Shown: positions 22,229-33,329 of the stretch, piece by piece
Layout: every line of letters starts with the position of its first letter
How positions within the stretch are numbered: position 1 is the first letter of the stretch
Assembly: GCA_963701095.1 (NCBI GenBank)
Contig: OY969564.1
Coordinates: 1,248,001 to 1,312,000, forward strand
Length of the DNA: 64,000 nucleotides
Source: an uncultured Methanoregulaceae archaeon
Lineage (GTDB): Archaea > Halobacteriota > Methanomicrobia > Methanomicrobiales > Methanospirillaceae
Direction: 5' to 3'
Translations under genes and position numbers: made by a program
The notes under the pieces: model-generated
The model's database searches: none
Told to the model about the DNA's origin: nothing
Seen by the model: only the letters and a program-made list of their open reading frames with translations

Positions 22229-23677
22229 TTACGCCTTCCTCCCGGTTTGCGCAGGGGCATGAACGGGACTCCTTCTGATCCATTCGAGATCGCTCTGGTA
22301 CAACTGCCGCAGATCCTTTAAACCCAGCCGCAGCATTGCAACCCGGCTTACCCCAAGTCCCCACGCAAGAACCGGGCACTTCACACCCCACGGATCGGTT
22401 ACTTCCTGACGGAAGACACCTGCACCACCCATTTCAACCCAGCCAAGACCATCGACCCAGATCTCGGGTTCAACCGAAGGCTCTGTGTAGGGAAAAAAGC
22501 CCGGCCGAAACCGCACATCGGAAAATCCCATCCGCTGGTAGAATTCCTTTAAGAACCCGAGCAGATGGCGGAATGTGACATTTTTGTCCATAACGATACC
22601 TTCGAGCTGCTCGAACTCGGGTGTGTGGGTAGGATCAATTGCTTCCCGGCGGTAGACCCTTCCAATGCAGAAAGCCTTTACCGGAGGTTCAGGATGAGTG
22701 GCAAGATATTGGATTGAAAGACTGGTCGTATGGGTGCGGAGTACACACTGCTGCGCTTTCCCGGGGTTCCATTTCCCGCCCCAACCAGTCGAAGAGGTGT
22801 TCCCGCCATGTTCGTGCATATCACGAAGACACTCCCATCCTTTGGGAAGCGACGCTTCCTCTTTGAGATAAAATGTGTCCTGCATCTCACGTGCCGGGTG
22901 ATCCTGAGGCTGGAAAAGCGCATCGAAGTTCCAGAAAGCACTCTGCACGATCTCACCGTGCATTTCTGTAAAACCCATTTCAAGGAGGATCTGGCGCATC
23001 TCTTCGATGAGTCTTTGGTAGGGATGGGATTTACCCGGGTAGATGGTTTTTGGCAGTTTTTTAACGTCATACTTACGGAGGTTTGCTGTCTTCCATGCAC
23101 CGGAAAGGATCTGGTCCCGGGTGAGGGTGCCAATTTCTTCTTTGAAGTCAATACCCTGATTTACAAGAGCGGTTCCCTTAGGAGTGATGGAAATAATATA
23201 CCGGACAGTCTCGGACTCAACAAGGATCCCTCGCTTGATCAAGTCTTTTGTATTTTGCTCACCGGAAACCGGATTCTTCAATGCTAATTCTTCCGCTTGT
23301 GTGGACTTGTTTTCGTTTTTTGTTACTAAAGAGCCAGCAACCCGGATGAGCCCTTTTTTTCGTAGCTGGCCAAAACCGATTTTAAATGCCGGATGGCCCT
23401 GAAGATCGGCAAGAGTTGTACCCGGTTTGACTATTTTGAGTATTTGCGTTTCGGGCAGCCCGTTCTGGAGATATGTCTTTCCTTCTTCGGTGTATTCGAA
23501 TTCCTTCTCAACAATTCTCTCAACTTTCGCAAGCTCTTTGTCTTCGGCAAGGTGCGCCCACTGGACAACTGCTTCCGGTGTCGCATTAAGGAAACAGGCG
23601 AGATTTACTGCATTGGCCTTCTTCTCCTTTGAAAGCGCAGCAAGCAGCCTTTTCTCGTTTAATGTCAGTTCCGCCAT
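22229..23677 (-). CDS. pheS: phenylalanine--tRNA ligase alpha subunit
   Basis: [42 protein letters not shown]. Confidence 0.95.
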   Translation of the reverse strand: MAELTLNEKRLLAALSKEKKANAVNLACFLNATPEAVVQWAHLAEDKELAKVERIVEKEFEYTEEGKTYLQNGLPETQILKIVKPGTTLADLQGHPAFKIGFGQLRKKGLIRVAGSLVTKNENKSTQAEELALKNPVSGEQNTKDLIKRGILVESETVRYIISITPKGTALVNQGIDFKEEIGTLTRDQILSGAWKTANLRKYDVKKLPKTIYPGKSHPYQRLIEEMRQILLEMGFTEMHGEIVQSAFWNFDALFQPQDHPAREMQDTFYLKEEASLPKGWECLRDMHEHGGNTSSTGWGGKWNPGKAQQCVLRTHTTSLSIQYLATHPEPPVKAFCIGRVYRREAIDPTHTPEFEQLEGIVMDKNVTFRHLLGFLKEFYQRMGFSDVRFRPGFFPYTEPSVEPEIWVDGLGWVEMGGAGVFRQEVTDPWGVKCPVLAWGLGVSRVAMLRLGLKDLRQLYQSDLEWIRRSPVHAPAQTGRKA

Positions 23678-23682
23678 TTGCC

Positions 23683-24938
23683 TCACACCTCGATTCTCTC
23701 TGCTGCCACATCCATCTTCTCCTTGAAATCCTTTAAAAATGCCACGACCCGGTCTGCAGTCTCCCTCTTACACTGCCCACAGGTAATTTCACCGGAACAG
23801 CACTTGCGATGGATTTCCGCAAGTTCTGCATCATCGGTCACCATATGGAACATGTTAAGCAGGTAAAGCGTGCATTTATTCGGTTCACCACCGAGCCGCC
23901 GTTGTTCCTCAAGGGTCATCCTGCCCCCGGTAAGACCGCTCATTACTTTCTTTCGCACCACCGCTTCGGGTTCAAAAAATGAAATCAGGCTCTCGGGAAT
24001 GCTTGACGACATTTTGCCGCCGGTGAGGCCGGGCAGGAAGATATGGTACGTGGATGAGGGGGTGTAAAACGCATAACCTCCACAGACCCTCTCAATTTCT
24101 CTGACCTTCGCACTTACATCATCACATCCGGCGCCCGGATATCAATATGGCCCTCATATTTCTTTGCGTAAGGAAACGCTTTTTTTATTGCATCAAGTGC
24201 TGAATCAGGGGCGTTCTTCGAACGTACACTTATGTACCCATCCCGTTCTTCGACAATGAACATCCTGAATTTATTCGCGATTCCCCGAGTGAGCCGGATG
24301 TGGGGGTCCTGATCGATTCCTACGGGAACCAACGTGGGGGCTGGTTCTCCTTCAACCTGCGGGTACAGGATATCGGCAACCTGTGTAATTACACTGTCAG
24401 CGTGAGCGAGAGCCGTTTCCGGGGAAAAACCGTAGATCGCATTTAGTTCGGAAAAGTTTACCTTAGTTGCTGCCTCGAAAGCTAGATCCTTGAGTCTGTT
24501 ATTTTTGCTTTGGAAATAGGTCTTTCCTTCAAAGCCAAGAGCATAAAGACAGGAGAGGTATTCCTTTCCATATTCCCTGCATTTCTCCCAGGAAAGTCCC
24601 CGAACTGCATATGCTTCCCGATCCGCTATGGTTACATACCCGGTTGCCCCCTGCTGCACATGCCAGACAATTTCTTTCATAAGCATGAGATGACCGAGAT
24701 GGGGATGGCCGCTTGGCATAAACCCGGTCAAAAGATAAAACGGCGTACGGTTCCGGATGGCACGGGCAATCGGGAGATAGTCGCGCTGGCCGACCACAAT
24801 GCCCCGGCGCATGAAATAGGGTATCTCGGGCAATTCGGAAAGTATCGGAGCTATCGGATCGATACCAAATTCGGCAAATGTCTTCTCTACATCAAGAGAG
24901 GGGGTGCTTGACCAGGGATTAATCGATGATTCAGGCAT
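23683..24938 (-). CDS. trpS: tryptophan--tRNA ligase; frameshift near 24135
   Basis: TGFMPSG-x-x-HLGH, VPVG-x-DQDPH; after the shift, PGLTGGKMSSS and TGGR. Confidence 0.92.
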
Positions 24939-24980
24939 ACCGGGTAACTCACTGGGATAATTTTGGGGAGGGTATCATTT

Positions 24981-25991
24981 TTAGAGTTTTATACGGGCGA
25001 ATTCGACGAACTGGATTCCGTTAGTATGTACACAGCCAAACAACATCTTCTTTTTGACGCTGTGGGCCATCCTGACTGAACGGGAGATAACGCTCATGGG
25101 CAGGACTGCCTCTTTTTCTATCGCATGCACCAGCATGTCGGAATGAACATTCTTTCCACAGTAAACCCGGAAATGATGGCCGAACTTGTAACCGGTCCGG
25201 GCAATAAAATCATGCCGGCGTAGTTCGGTGTAGACTTTGTCTTTAGCAGCGAGTTCCGGATCATTTGCTTTCGCAACTTCAAAAAACTCTGTTGAGTTCA
25301 GCGGCGAATCTTCTCTGGTAAGACGAACAATTTCCTTTCCCATCAGATACAGCAGTTCTACCGGTGTAATCATAAGCCGTTCTTCATCAAAACGCTTACC
25401 AAAACCTGCTTTTTCCAGTTCAGACTGAGGTGGCACCCGGATCATTGCAGATGATCCAACCAGTACGGCATCGGAGAGCTCAATTCGGGGAAGAGGAATA
25501 CCGGGGTCAGCCAGTTTCTGGATCTTGATCTCGTAGTAGGTCAGTTCTTCCTCATCGTCGACAACTGAAAGTACGTATTGTTTACGCATATTCCTTGCAG
25601 TGACTACTTCTTCGATCAGATTCGTAAACCGGATCGGTTCTCGCTCCGAGAGGACGCGGACAAGGTAAAGCGACTCACCGGTACCTGGTTTTTCACCGCG
25701 CCGGAATACCCGAAAATCGTGCGGACCTGTCTGGACGACATAACCACGTTCACGCAGATCGCGGTACACGAGGAAGCTTCGCAGGAAATTGCGCTGGTTG
25801 GCGTACTCATAGAGGAGGGTATCAAACGTGTAGCCCGGAATCTCAATCCTCTTGCGGTGAAGCAGGTAGAGGGCTTCCTGAGGCGCGAGTCGTACCCCGT
25901 CACCTTCGGGTCGCCCATACCCGCTCTGGTCGTACAGCACCCGTCCATCCCTTCCAGTCAGCACAGATGTGCCGTCAAAAGACGCCTTCAC
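24981..25991 (-). CDS. endA: tRNA-intron endonuclease (tandem-repeat alpha2 type)
   Basis: two endonuclease repeats; catalytic repeat TGYKFGHHFRVY...HS...RMAHSVKK. Confidence 0.93.
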   Translation of the reverse strand: MKASFDGTSVLTGRDGRVLYDQSGYGRPEGDGVRLAPQEALYLLHRKRIEIPGYTFDTLLYEYANQRNFLRSFLVYRDLRERGYVVQTGPHDFRVFRRGEKPGTGESLYLVRVLSEREPIRFTNLIEEVVTARNMRKQYVLSVVDDEEELTYYEIKIQKLADPGIPLPRIELSDAVLVGSSAMIRVPPQSELEKAGFGKRFDEERLMITPVELLYLMGKEIVRLTREDSPLNSTEFFEVAKANDPELAAKDKVYTELRRHDFIARTGYKFGHHFRVYCGKNVHSDMLVHAIEKEAVLPMSVISRSVRMAHSVKKKMLFGCVHTNGIQFVEFARIKL

Positions 25992-26265
25992 TGCCAGATC
26001 TATTGTTGCCGAAGCGTTATAAGTGCACGGGAAAAAGGAACGTGCCCTTATGCGCGTCCCGGTATTTCCAGATCGAAATCCTTATGAATTACAATAATCT
26101 GGAACAATGCCTATTAAAAGGTAAAAATCGAACATGTATAGTCAGATTGTATCTCATAAGTATGCTTATTTGCACGTCCCCGAGAGTGGATTAATTCCGG
26201 GAATATTTGGGTAATACTATAAGGTACATTGATCACCCACACACCGGATTCATTTCAGCAGCCAA

Positions 26266-26925
26266 TTGTACGCGGCGAAAAAAATGATGGTGCATCAGAA
26301 CAGCGACCTTGGATGCCGACGCAGGAGTAACATCAACCTCGCGGGTTTTCTCGCGAGGTCAGCGGTAAACGGTCCTGGCATCCGGGCCGTTATCTGGGTG
26401 CAGGGGTGTCCGATCCAGTGTAAAGGTTGTTTTAACCAGGCATTCTGGTCTTATTCTCGAGGCAATCTGGTTTGTGCAGATGATATCACCGACAGAATCC
26501 TTGCTACGAAAGATATCGACGGGGTTACGTTTTCCGGGGGAGAGCCGTTTGCACAGGCAGACGCACTTGCATCCGTGGGAGAACAGGTTCAGGAAGCAGG
26601 GTACACGGTCGTGACCTATACAGGGTATACGTTCGAGCAGCTTACCTCAAGTGCAGATCCTGCATCGAGCCGGCTCCTGAATGTTACCGATCTTCTCATT
26701 GCAGGCCCCTATATCAGAGCCCAGGCATGCAATCACCCATATATCGGTTCATCAAACCAGCAGCTCATCTCCCTTACAGAAAGGGTTTGCACGGATTTCG
26801 TGAATGAACAAACCGATAGTGAGATTATCGAATTTTCGATTACACCAAGAGGAGTAATCACGACGACTGGTTTTCCGCAGGAAAACATGGTCCGCAAGAT
26901 TGCTACCCTCTGCAGGGAAACGTGA
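26266..26925 (+). CDS. radical SAM protein, NrdG/PflA activase-like
   Basis: NGPG-x-R-x-V-x-WVQGC-x-x-x-C-x-GC-x-N, GVTFSGGEP, DLLIAGPY, GSSNQ; start uncertain (TTG 26266 or ATG near 26284). Confidence 0.85.
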   Translation: MYAAKKMMVHQNSDLGCRRRSNINLAGFLARSAVNGPGIRAVIWVQGCPIQCKGCFNQAFWSYSRGNLVCADDITDRILATKDIDGVTFSGGEPFAQADALASVGEQVQEAGYTVVTYTGYTFEQLTSSADPASSRLLNVTDLLIAGPYIRAQACNHPYIGSSNQQLISLTERVCTDFVNEQTDSEIIEFSITPRGVITTTGFPQENMVRKIATLCRET

Positions 26926-26929
26926 TATC

Positions 26930-27328
26930 ATTTCACATTTCAGCCGTATTCGAACTACCTTCCGGCACCGTGAAGCATTAATCCAGTGCATGCAGGAGCT
27001 CGGCTATACAGTCGAAATAGAGACCACCATCAGGGGCTACCACGGCCAGCACAACGTGGACATTGCTGTGAAAAATACGGGAGGATACGGACTTGGTTTT
27101 GTAAAAAACCCAGACGGCACGTACGACATGGTAGCGGACTGGTGGGGCATTTCAGGAAAAGGCGAGAAAAAGATTGCCGAAGAACTCAAACAACAAGCAG
27201 AAAAAATCCAGAAAGAATATGCAAAAAAAATAGTGCTCGAACAAACAGCTGCCGACGGATTTTCCCTGATCTCAGAAACCGAAGAGTCAGACGGGACCGT
27301 GCGGATAGTTGTCAGGAGGTGGAAGTAG
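26930..27328 (+). CDS. DUF1257 / Ycf35-like protein
   Basis: (M)SHFSRI-x-T...L...ELG, IRGY-x-G, GF...DG-x-Y-x-x-VADWW, Y...GF...DGTVRIVVRRW; ATT lies where the family Met is expected (alternative TTG at 26900). Confidence 0.85.
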   Translation: MSHFSRIRTTFRHREALIQCMQELGYTVEIETTIRGYHGQHNVDIAVKNTGGYGLGFVKNPDGTYDMVADWWGISGKGEKKIAEELKQQAEKIQKEYAKKIVLEQTAADGFSLISETEESDGTVRIVVRRWK

Positions 27329-27331
27329 TCT

Positions 27332-28891
27332 ATGCAAATTGCTGAACCCGATTTTTCCCGCAGGTTGAATGTCTCGCTCAGGGCCCGGGTTACGCTGATT
27401 GTAGTGATTACACCGGAAGAAGAACGGGTTGTTTCGCAAATCCATGATGTCTGCGAGAGATGGGATCCTCCCCGCCAGTGTATCGCCTGGGATAGCGTCG
27501 ATGGTTTTTCTGTGATCGTTGGCAATAAAAATTTCATGAGCCAGTCCAAGGACCCACTCGCGGCACTCGATGATATCGTCAAGACAGGAGAGGATGCAAT
27601 TGTTATTCTCAAAGATTTCCACGAGTATTGGAACAATCCTCAGGTAAAACGACGGATTCGCAACTTTTCGCAGGCATTCCGGTATAACCGGCGCACGATT
27701 GTGATCGTGACCCCGACACCGCGGGTGCCGGATGAGATCCGCGACGATGCGGTAATCGTGCATTTTCCGCCACCTTCGGCAGCAGAGTTATCTGCTGATC
27801 TCGATACCCTGCTTGCCACAAGTGGCATCGCTTGTTCACTATCTCCCGCAGGCCGGGAAAAGATTATCCAGGCCGCCATCGGCATGACCCTGAACCAGGC
27901 ACGCCGGGCATTCTCAAAAGCGATTGTGACCCATGGCACGCTTGACGACCGGGATATTGATGCGATCATCGCGGACAAAAAAGACATCCTGAGCTCCTCG
28001 GACGCACTTGAGTTTTATAGTTATACTGAGGCTCCGGAGAACGTTGGGGGCCTTGCTGTGCTCAAGGAATGGCTTTCCTTGCGTGAACGGGCATTCACAC
28101 AGGATGCACGCGACTTCGGGCTCCCGTCGCCAAAAGGTATCGCGTTGATCGGAATCCCCGGCACCGGTAAAAGCCTCACTGCAAAAATGATCGCCGATCT
28201 CTGGCACTTACCCCTGCTCAGGCTCGATGTCGGGGCACTCTTCGGCAGCCTCGTCGGAGAATCTGAGGAGAGAACGCGCCGGGCGCTCTCACTTGCCGAG
28301 ACTATCAGTCCCTGTATCCTTTGGGTGGACGAGATTGAGAAAGCATTTGCGTTTGGCAGCGGGGATGCAGGCACGAGCCAGCGGGTCTTTGCCCACCTTC
28401 TTACCTGGATGCAGGATAAAACTTCTCCCTGTTTTGTAGTCGCCACGGCCAATAACATCGCCGCCCTCCCACCGGAACTCCTACGAAAGGGCCGTTTCGA
28501 CGAAATATTCTTCCTCGACCTTCCAACAACTGAAGAGCGTCGCGAGATTTTTACGGTGCACCTTAAGAAACGCAAATGCATCCCTGCTGAATTTGATCTC
28601 GATTCCCTTGCGCAGAAAAGCGAAGGCTACGTAGGCGCCGAGATCGAGCAGACGATCATTGATGCGATGTACCGGGCATTCAGCGAGAATATGCGCCGGG
28701 TAACGACCGCTGACATTCTTCACTGCATGAAAACACAGGTCCCCCTTTCTGTCTCACAACGGGAGACGGTGGCAGCTCTCAGGGGCTGGCTTGCTGAAGG
28801 TCGGGCGCAGTCTGCATCGCGGGTAGCCACGACACCATCAGGGAACGGAAAAGTGATTGCACTGGAGACTTTTGATAACAGACACGCTTAG
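27332..28891 (+). CDS. Ycf46-like AAA+ ATPase
   Basis: degenerate N-terminal AAA-like domain (EEERV, LKDFH); VGGL, Walker A GIPGTGKS, pore loop GSLVGESE, Walker B WVDEIEK, ATANN...LPPELLRKGRFDEIFF. Confidence 0.92.
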   Translation: MQIAEPDFSRRLNVSLRARVTLIVVITPEEERVVSQIHDVCERWDPPRQCIAWDSVDGFSVIVGNKNFMSQSKDPLAALDDIVKTGEDAIVILKDFHEYWNNPQVKRRIRNFSQAFRYNRRTIVIVTPTPRVPDEIRDDAVIVHFPPPSAAELSADLDTLLATSGIACSLSPAGREKIIQAAIGMTLNQARRAFSKAIVTHGTLDDRDIDAIIADKKDILSSSDALEFYSYTEAPENVGGLAVLKEWLSLRERAFTQDARDFGLPSPKGIALIGIPGTGKSLTAKMIADLWHLPLLRLDVGALFGSLVGESEERTRRALSLAETISPCILWVDEIEKAFAFGSGDAGTSQRVFAHLLTWMQDKTSPCFVVATANNIAALPPELLRKGRFDEIFFLDLPTTEERREIFTVHLKKRKCIPAEFDLDSLAQKSEGYVGAEIEQTIIDAMYRAFSENMRRVTTADILHCMKTQVPLSVSQRETVAALRGWLAEGRAQSASRVATTPSGNGKVIALETFDNRHA

Positions 28892-28897
28892 CATCCT

Positions 28898-31689
28898 ATG
28901 AAAATTCCTCCCCTATTTCCGGTTATCGGCCCTTTTTTTTCCGGCGTTCGGTTCGTGGTATTGCCAGAGCTGCGAAATGCGGGGATCTCCAGGCAGTCCG
29001 CAAACTCACCGCCATTGTTTCGTCCTGCCCGGATAAATTTTCCCGTTCCAGGGCTCTTGAGGTCCTTGCATCGCTTTCATCGCAGGCTGCCATCGACGAA
29101 TTCTGCAAAGAGGTGATAATCCGGGATAATCAGGAACTTGAAAAAGTTGCTATCAACCAGGCATACACACCTTTGGAACCGGGATCGAGGGCGGTTTTTC
29201 TTTATGTCACCGGGCAGGATGAAGCGTTATGCCGGTTCGATCCTGATGCCCATCACCCGTTATTAGCTAATGGGTATGCTACGGCACCGGCCAGAATAAA
29301 AAACCGGGTTCTCTGCGGTGCTTCTTCTCCCCGCATGGACCGGATTCTTGCCCATGCACTAATCGGAACTGACCCGGTGCGCGCTGCAGGTATATTGACC
29401 TACCTTGAGTGGGAGGTAGTCATCTCCGGTTTGACCCGGGAGAAAGCATGGGATGTGCTGTGGCTTTTGGTTATTGCTGCACCTCCATCACTTACAGTAG
29501 TAGTTTTAGAAAACATGAGGGTTGCCGGCTGGAAACCGTTCGGTGACAGCATGCGGGTCTTTGAGGATCTGATCAACGAGCTTCCGGAAGGATGGGCTTA
29601 TCCCGCTCCTGAAAAACCTATCCTATCCATGAGCGACCAGAACAGCCAGTGCCTGAGACTTGCATTCTCCCGTGATGGCACTCTTCTTGCGGCAGGAAAA
29701 AGCGACGGGAAGATTGCAATCTGGCAAGTCTCCTCAGCCCGGCTTTTAACCTCCCTCTCAACAAATGCCGGATCGATCAATTTCATTTCATTCACATCGG
29801 ACAATACGAACCTTATCATAGGCGGGCGCACTGGAATGATCGCCTGCTATGGCATTCCTTTAGGAAACACGATCTGGTCGGACAAAGGTCGCCCGTTTTC
29901 TTGTGTTGCAATGTCAAGAGATAGAGAAGAAATTATTGTCAGTGATGATCAGGGAAAGATTACCCGTCTTATGTGTCAGACCGGCAAAATTCTGCTCACA
30001 ATATCAGGACTCATATCCAAGGTTACGGTCATTTCCCTTTCCCCTGACAAAAAATATATTGCTTTTGGCCATATGGATGGCACCATTTGCTGTAAGGAGG
30101 CAGGGACCGGCACAGATGTATGGACAGTGCCGGGTACCGGCAACGCTGTAAGGGCCCTTGCATTTACCGGACAAGACAACCAGCTGTTCGTAGTTTATGA
30201 ACGAGTTCTCCCTGCCCTTAGGGACGGAAATACAGGAATTTTCCTTAGGACTTTCGATGGATTTTCCGGTCGCCCCTCCTGTTATGCGATATCAGCGGAA
30301 AACAGTATGGCAGGGATTGGCAGCGATGATAGAGTACTTCGTTTCTGGAACATGCATGATAAAAACCCGATAGCATCATTTCCCTTCTACAACCGCATCC
30401 CGACATGCTGTTGCCTGACACCTGATGCTAATCTAGCCGCTGTCGGTTGCAACGATGGAACGATCTTCTTTTTCAGTGTTCACGAAAGACAGAAAATAAA
30501 AGAATTCCGGGGGTGTAAACAATCCGTCGCCACCTGTTCGATCTCTCCGGACGGAAATATTCTTGCTACGACGGGAGGAGATGGAACCGTCACCCTCTGG
30601 AGTATTCCTACCGGAGAACTTCTCCGGACACTCCGGAGACCGGCAGGTGCGATAACCGCCCTTGCTCTCACTTCCAGCGCTGCTGGTGCCGGCATAATTG
30701 CAGGCACTACTGATGGCAGGATCCGCATCTTCTCCTGTGAAGATGGCGGACTTGTAAGATCTATCGATATGTACACACCATCGATCACGACCCTTGCCGT
30801 CAGTCCTGATGGAACATACCTTGCCTGTGCCGGAAAAGACGCAAGCCTTCGTTTCTGGGACCTTGCCAAAGGAGGCCTTGTTGCCACGTGTGATACGCCC
30901 AAATCGAGTGTGCGGTGTCTTGCCTTCCTGCCGGATAGAGCCGCATGTATTTCCTGCGGTTGGGATGGAAAAGTGCGGATCTGGGATGTGACAGGTGGAA
31001 AACCGCAGGAGATCCTGGTCGGGCATTCGAGTATTATAACCTGTTGCAGTGTAGATCCCCGAGGACGTTTTTTTGTCACTGGAAGCAATGACACGACCCT
31101 AAGGATCTGGCAACTGACCGGTGAAAAAACGAGTGTCGTTCTCAGGGGTGCGAAGCAGGAGGTGAGTGTCTGTGCGATTTCCCCGGACGGGACACTCCTT
31201 GCCGCTGCTGGCGCTGATCCTGAGATCCAATTATACCATTTTCCGGAGGGGATTGTTGCAGGAACTATCCCCCAGATCCCAGGAAGACCCTCGGCACTCG
31301 CTTTCACTGATGACGGGCTTATGATTGTGGTTGGATATGATCATGGCACCACCGCGTTTTATGCTGTCCACGGACATTCCCTGATCCGGATTCTGCCCAC
31401 CCACTCAGGAAAAGTTACCGGAATCGTTGCTATAAAAGGAGAGGACTGCTTCGTTACCAGCGGTACTGACGGGATGATCCATATCTTCCGGATCCCTTTT
31501 ATGCGGCCCTTATCCCGGACCTCATTTACAGACCTTGCTCTTGCCCGGGAACAGGCTGCCGTTACTGGATCTACGGCAGCACAATGGAGGTTCCTATGCC
31601 ATCTTCTATCCTTTCGGTTCCAGAACGAAATCGAACTCTGCCCGACATACCGTGATGCAGGAATATATGATATCCAAATTGTCGGGTGA
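28898..31689 (+). CDS. large WD40-repeat protein with helical N-terminal region; frameshift in the poly-T run near 28932-28941
   Basis: many repeats of the type SPDG...A(T/S)GG-x-DG-x-(V/I)-x-(L/I)W; removing one T joins ATG 28898 to ORF 29113-31689. Confidence 0.88.
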
Positions 31690-33312
31690 TTCTCGTGAAC
31701 AGGTACGCACAACCCACCCTGCCAACAGTTCAGCTCGGCGTAGACTTCGGAACCAGTTCGCTGGTCATTTGCATACCAGGACAAGGTAACGACGGATTCC
31801 GTACTCTCGCATTCCCCGGGTGGTCACAGGAGATAACCGGAGCGATTTCTGGTGAAGCGGTCAACGCTGTACCGGTATTGATCCTTTACGATCAGGACGG
31901 GAAGAGAACCATTGGTGATGAAGTTACGCGTGCGGGTGCTGCTGATCATCCAACAACGGCACGTTGGATCCGAAAGTACCTGCTCGAGGAGAGCCCGGTG
32001 CTGATCCCAGCCGGCGGGAATCGCCATATATCATTTCGCGGTGCGGCAGCGGATTTTCTGGGGTCAGTTATTAGCCGGGCAATAAAGGAGGCCCCTGAAT
32101 ATTCTTCCATGGTCTTTGTTATTCCTTCCGGTGCGCCTGAATGGTATATAAGATGGCTCGGGGATATTGCGCAAACCGCGGGAATCAGATCATGGAATAC
32201 GATTACTGAGCCTGCAGCAGTTGTTGCGGGTTACGAGCTGATTCCTGAACCGGGGCAGGCCTATCTCATTGTCAATTGGGACGAGACAGAACTTACAGTA
32301 TCGTTTGCGTTATCTGAAGAACCATCGGATCATCATCCTGCCGGGGGAGTATTTGCAATCAGTACCGCGTGTGATGATACGGGGTGTAAAGCGGTCGATG
32401 ACTGGATTGCCCAGGATGTGCTTGCCCGGAGCCCCCTTAAGTATATGGGGGCAAAGGCGCAGAGGATTTACGCAAATATTACCGGAAGGAGTAGGGAGCT
32501 TTACAGTCAGCTGGCAAAATCGGATGAGGCTCTGATACACATTGAGGATCCGCTTTCCGGAACAACCCTTTCTGCAAGAATATCCCGTGAAGATATCAAA
32601 AGGATCCTGACTGAGCATGAAATCCCCTCAGTCCTTGAACGAACAAGCAGCCGTGCACGGGTCGTCGCCAGCTCCAGGGGGTGTAAAGGGCCTGACACCA
32701 TCCTGATGACCGGTCGCGGATGTGCAATACCCATGGTCCGGGAACTCGTGAAACAGCAGTTTCCAGGAATGAAGATCCTTTCAGATCATCCCGTTGATGC
32801 CGCTGCCCGCGGGGCTTCAATCTTTTTACCCCGTGCGAACCTCCCTGATCGGGTTAAAAATGATTATGCTCTTCGGGTACTGGGACCCAAAAAGCCGGGA
32901 GCACCGGTACCGGTTCCTTGTCCGCAGCGGGGCCCGGTACCCGAGTGCTGGCCAGGTAGCCCGCATCACTATCAGTGCCGCGTACGATGGTCAGACCCGT
33001 CTCGGAATCCCCCTCTACGAGATGAGTGCGTCTCCAGACACAGACATCCCTGATATCGAACTGGTCTCGGACCCCGCCGGGGGAATCCGCCTCGCTGCTC
33101 CGCCGGAAAATACTGGAGGCGGAGGCAGAATCCACCCGGTAAACGAGCGGACTCCGACACTGCTGGTCGCTGACCCGCCGGCACTTAAAGGCGAACCGCG
33201 ATTTGAACTAACGTTCATGCTTGACCGGGAAAAACTACTGCGCGTTACAGCGCGCGATCTTGTAACCGGTACGCTTTTGAAAAAAGATGTACCGGTATAT
33301 AAACTGACATGA
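31686..33312 (+). CDS. divergent Hsp70/DnaK-family protein; frameshift near 32877
   Basis: LGVDFGTS, TEPAA, MTGRG-x-x-IP-x-V, AAARGA; shifted frame gives a beta-sandwich tail (GEPRFELTF-x-LD...LRVTARDL-x-TG). Confidence 0.82.
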
Positions 33313-33329
33313 CAACAGGAGGATAATAA

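Noticed and set aside
23683..24938. Naturally split trpS or programmed frameshift
   Set aside because: A single missing base restores a normal protein, and similar indels are scattered across the window; assembly error is more parsimonious.
30433..31307. Long minus-strand ORFs inside the WD40 gene
   Set aside because: Antisense shadows with no independent coding signal.
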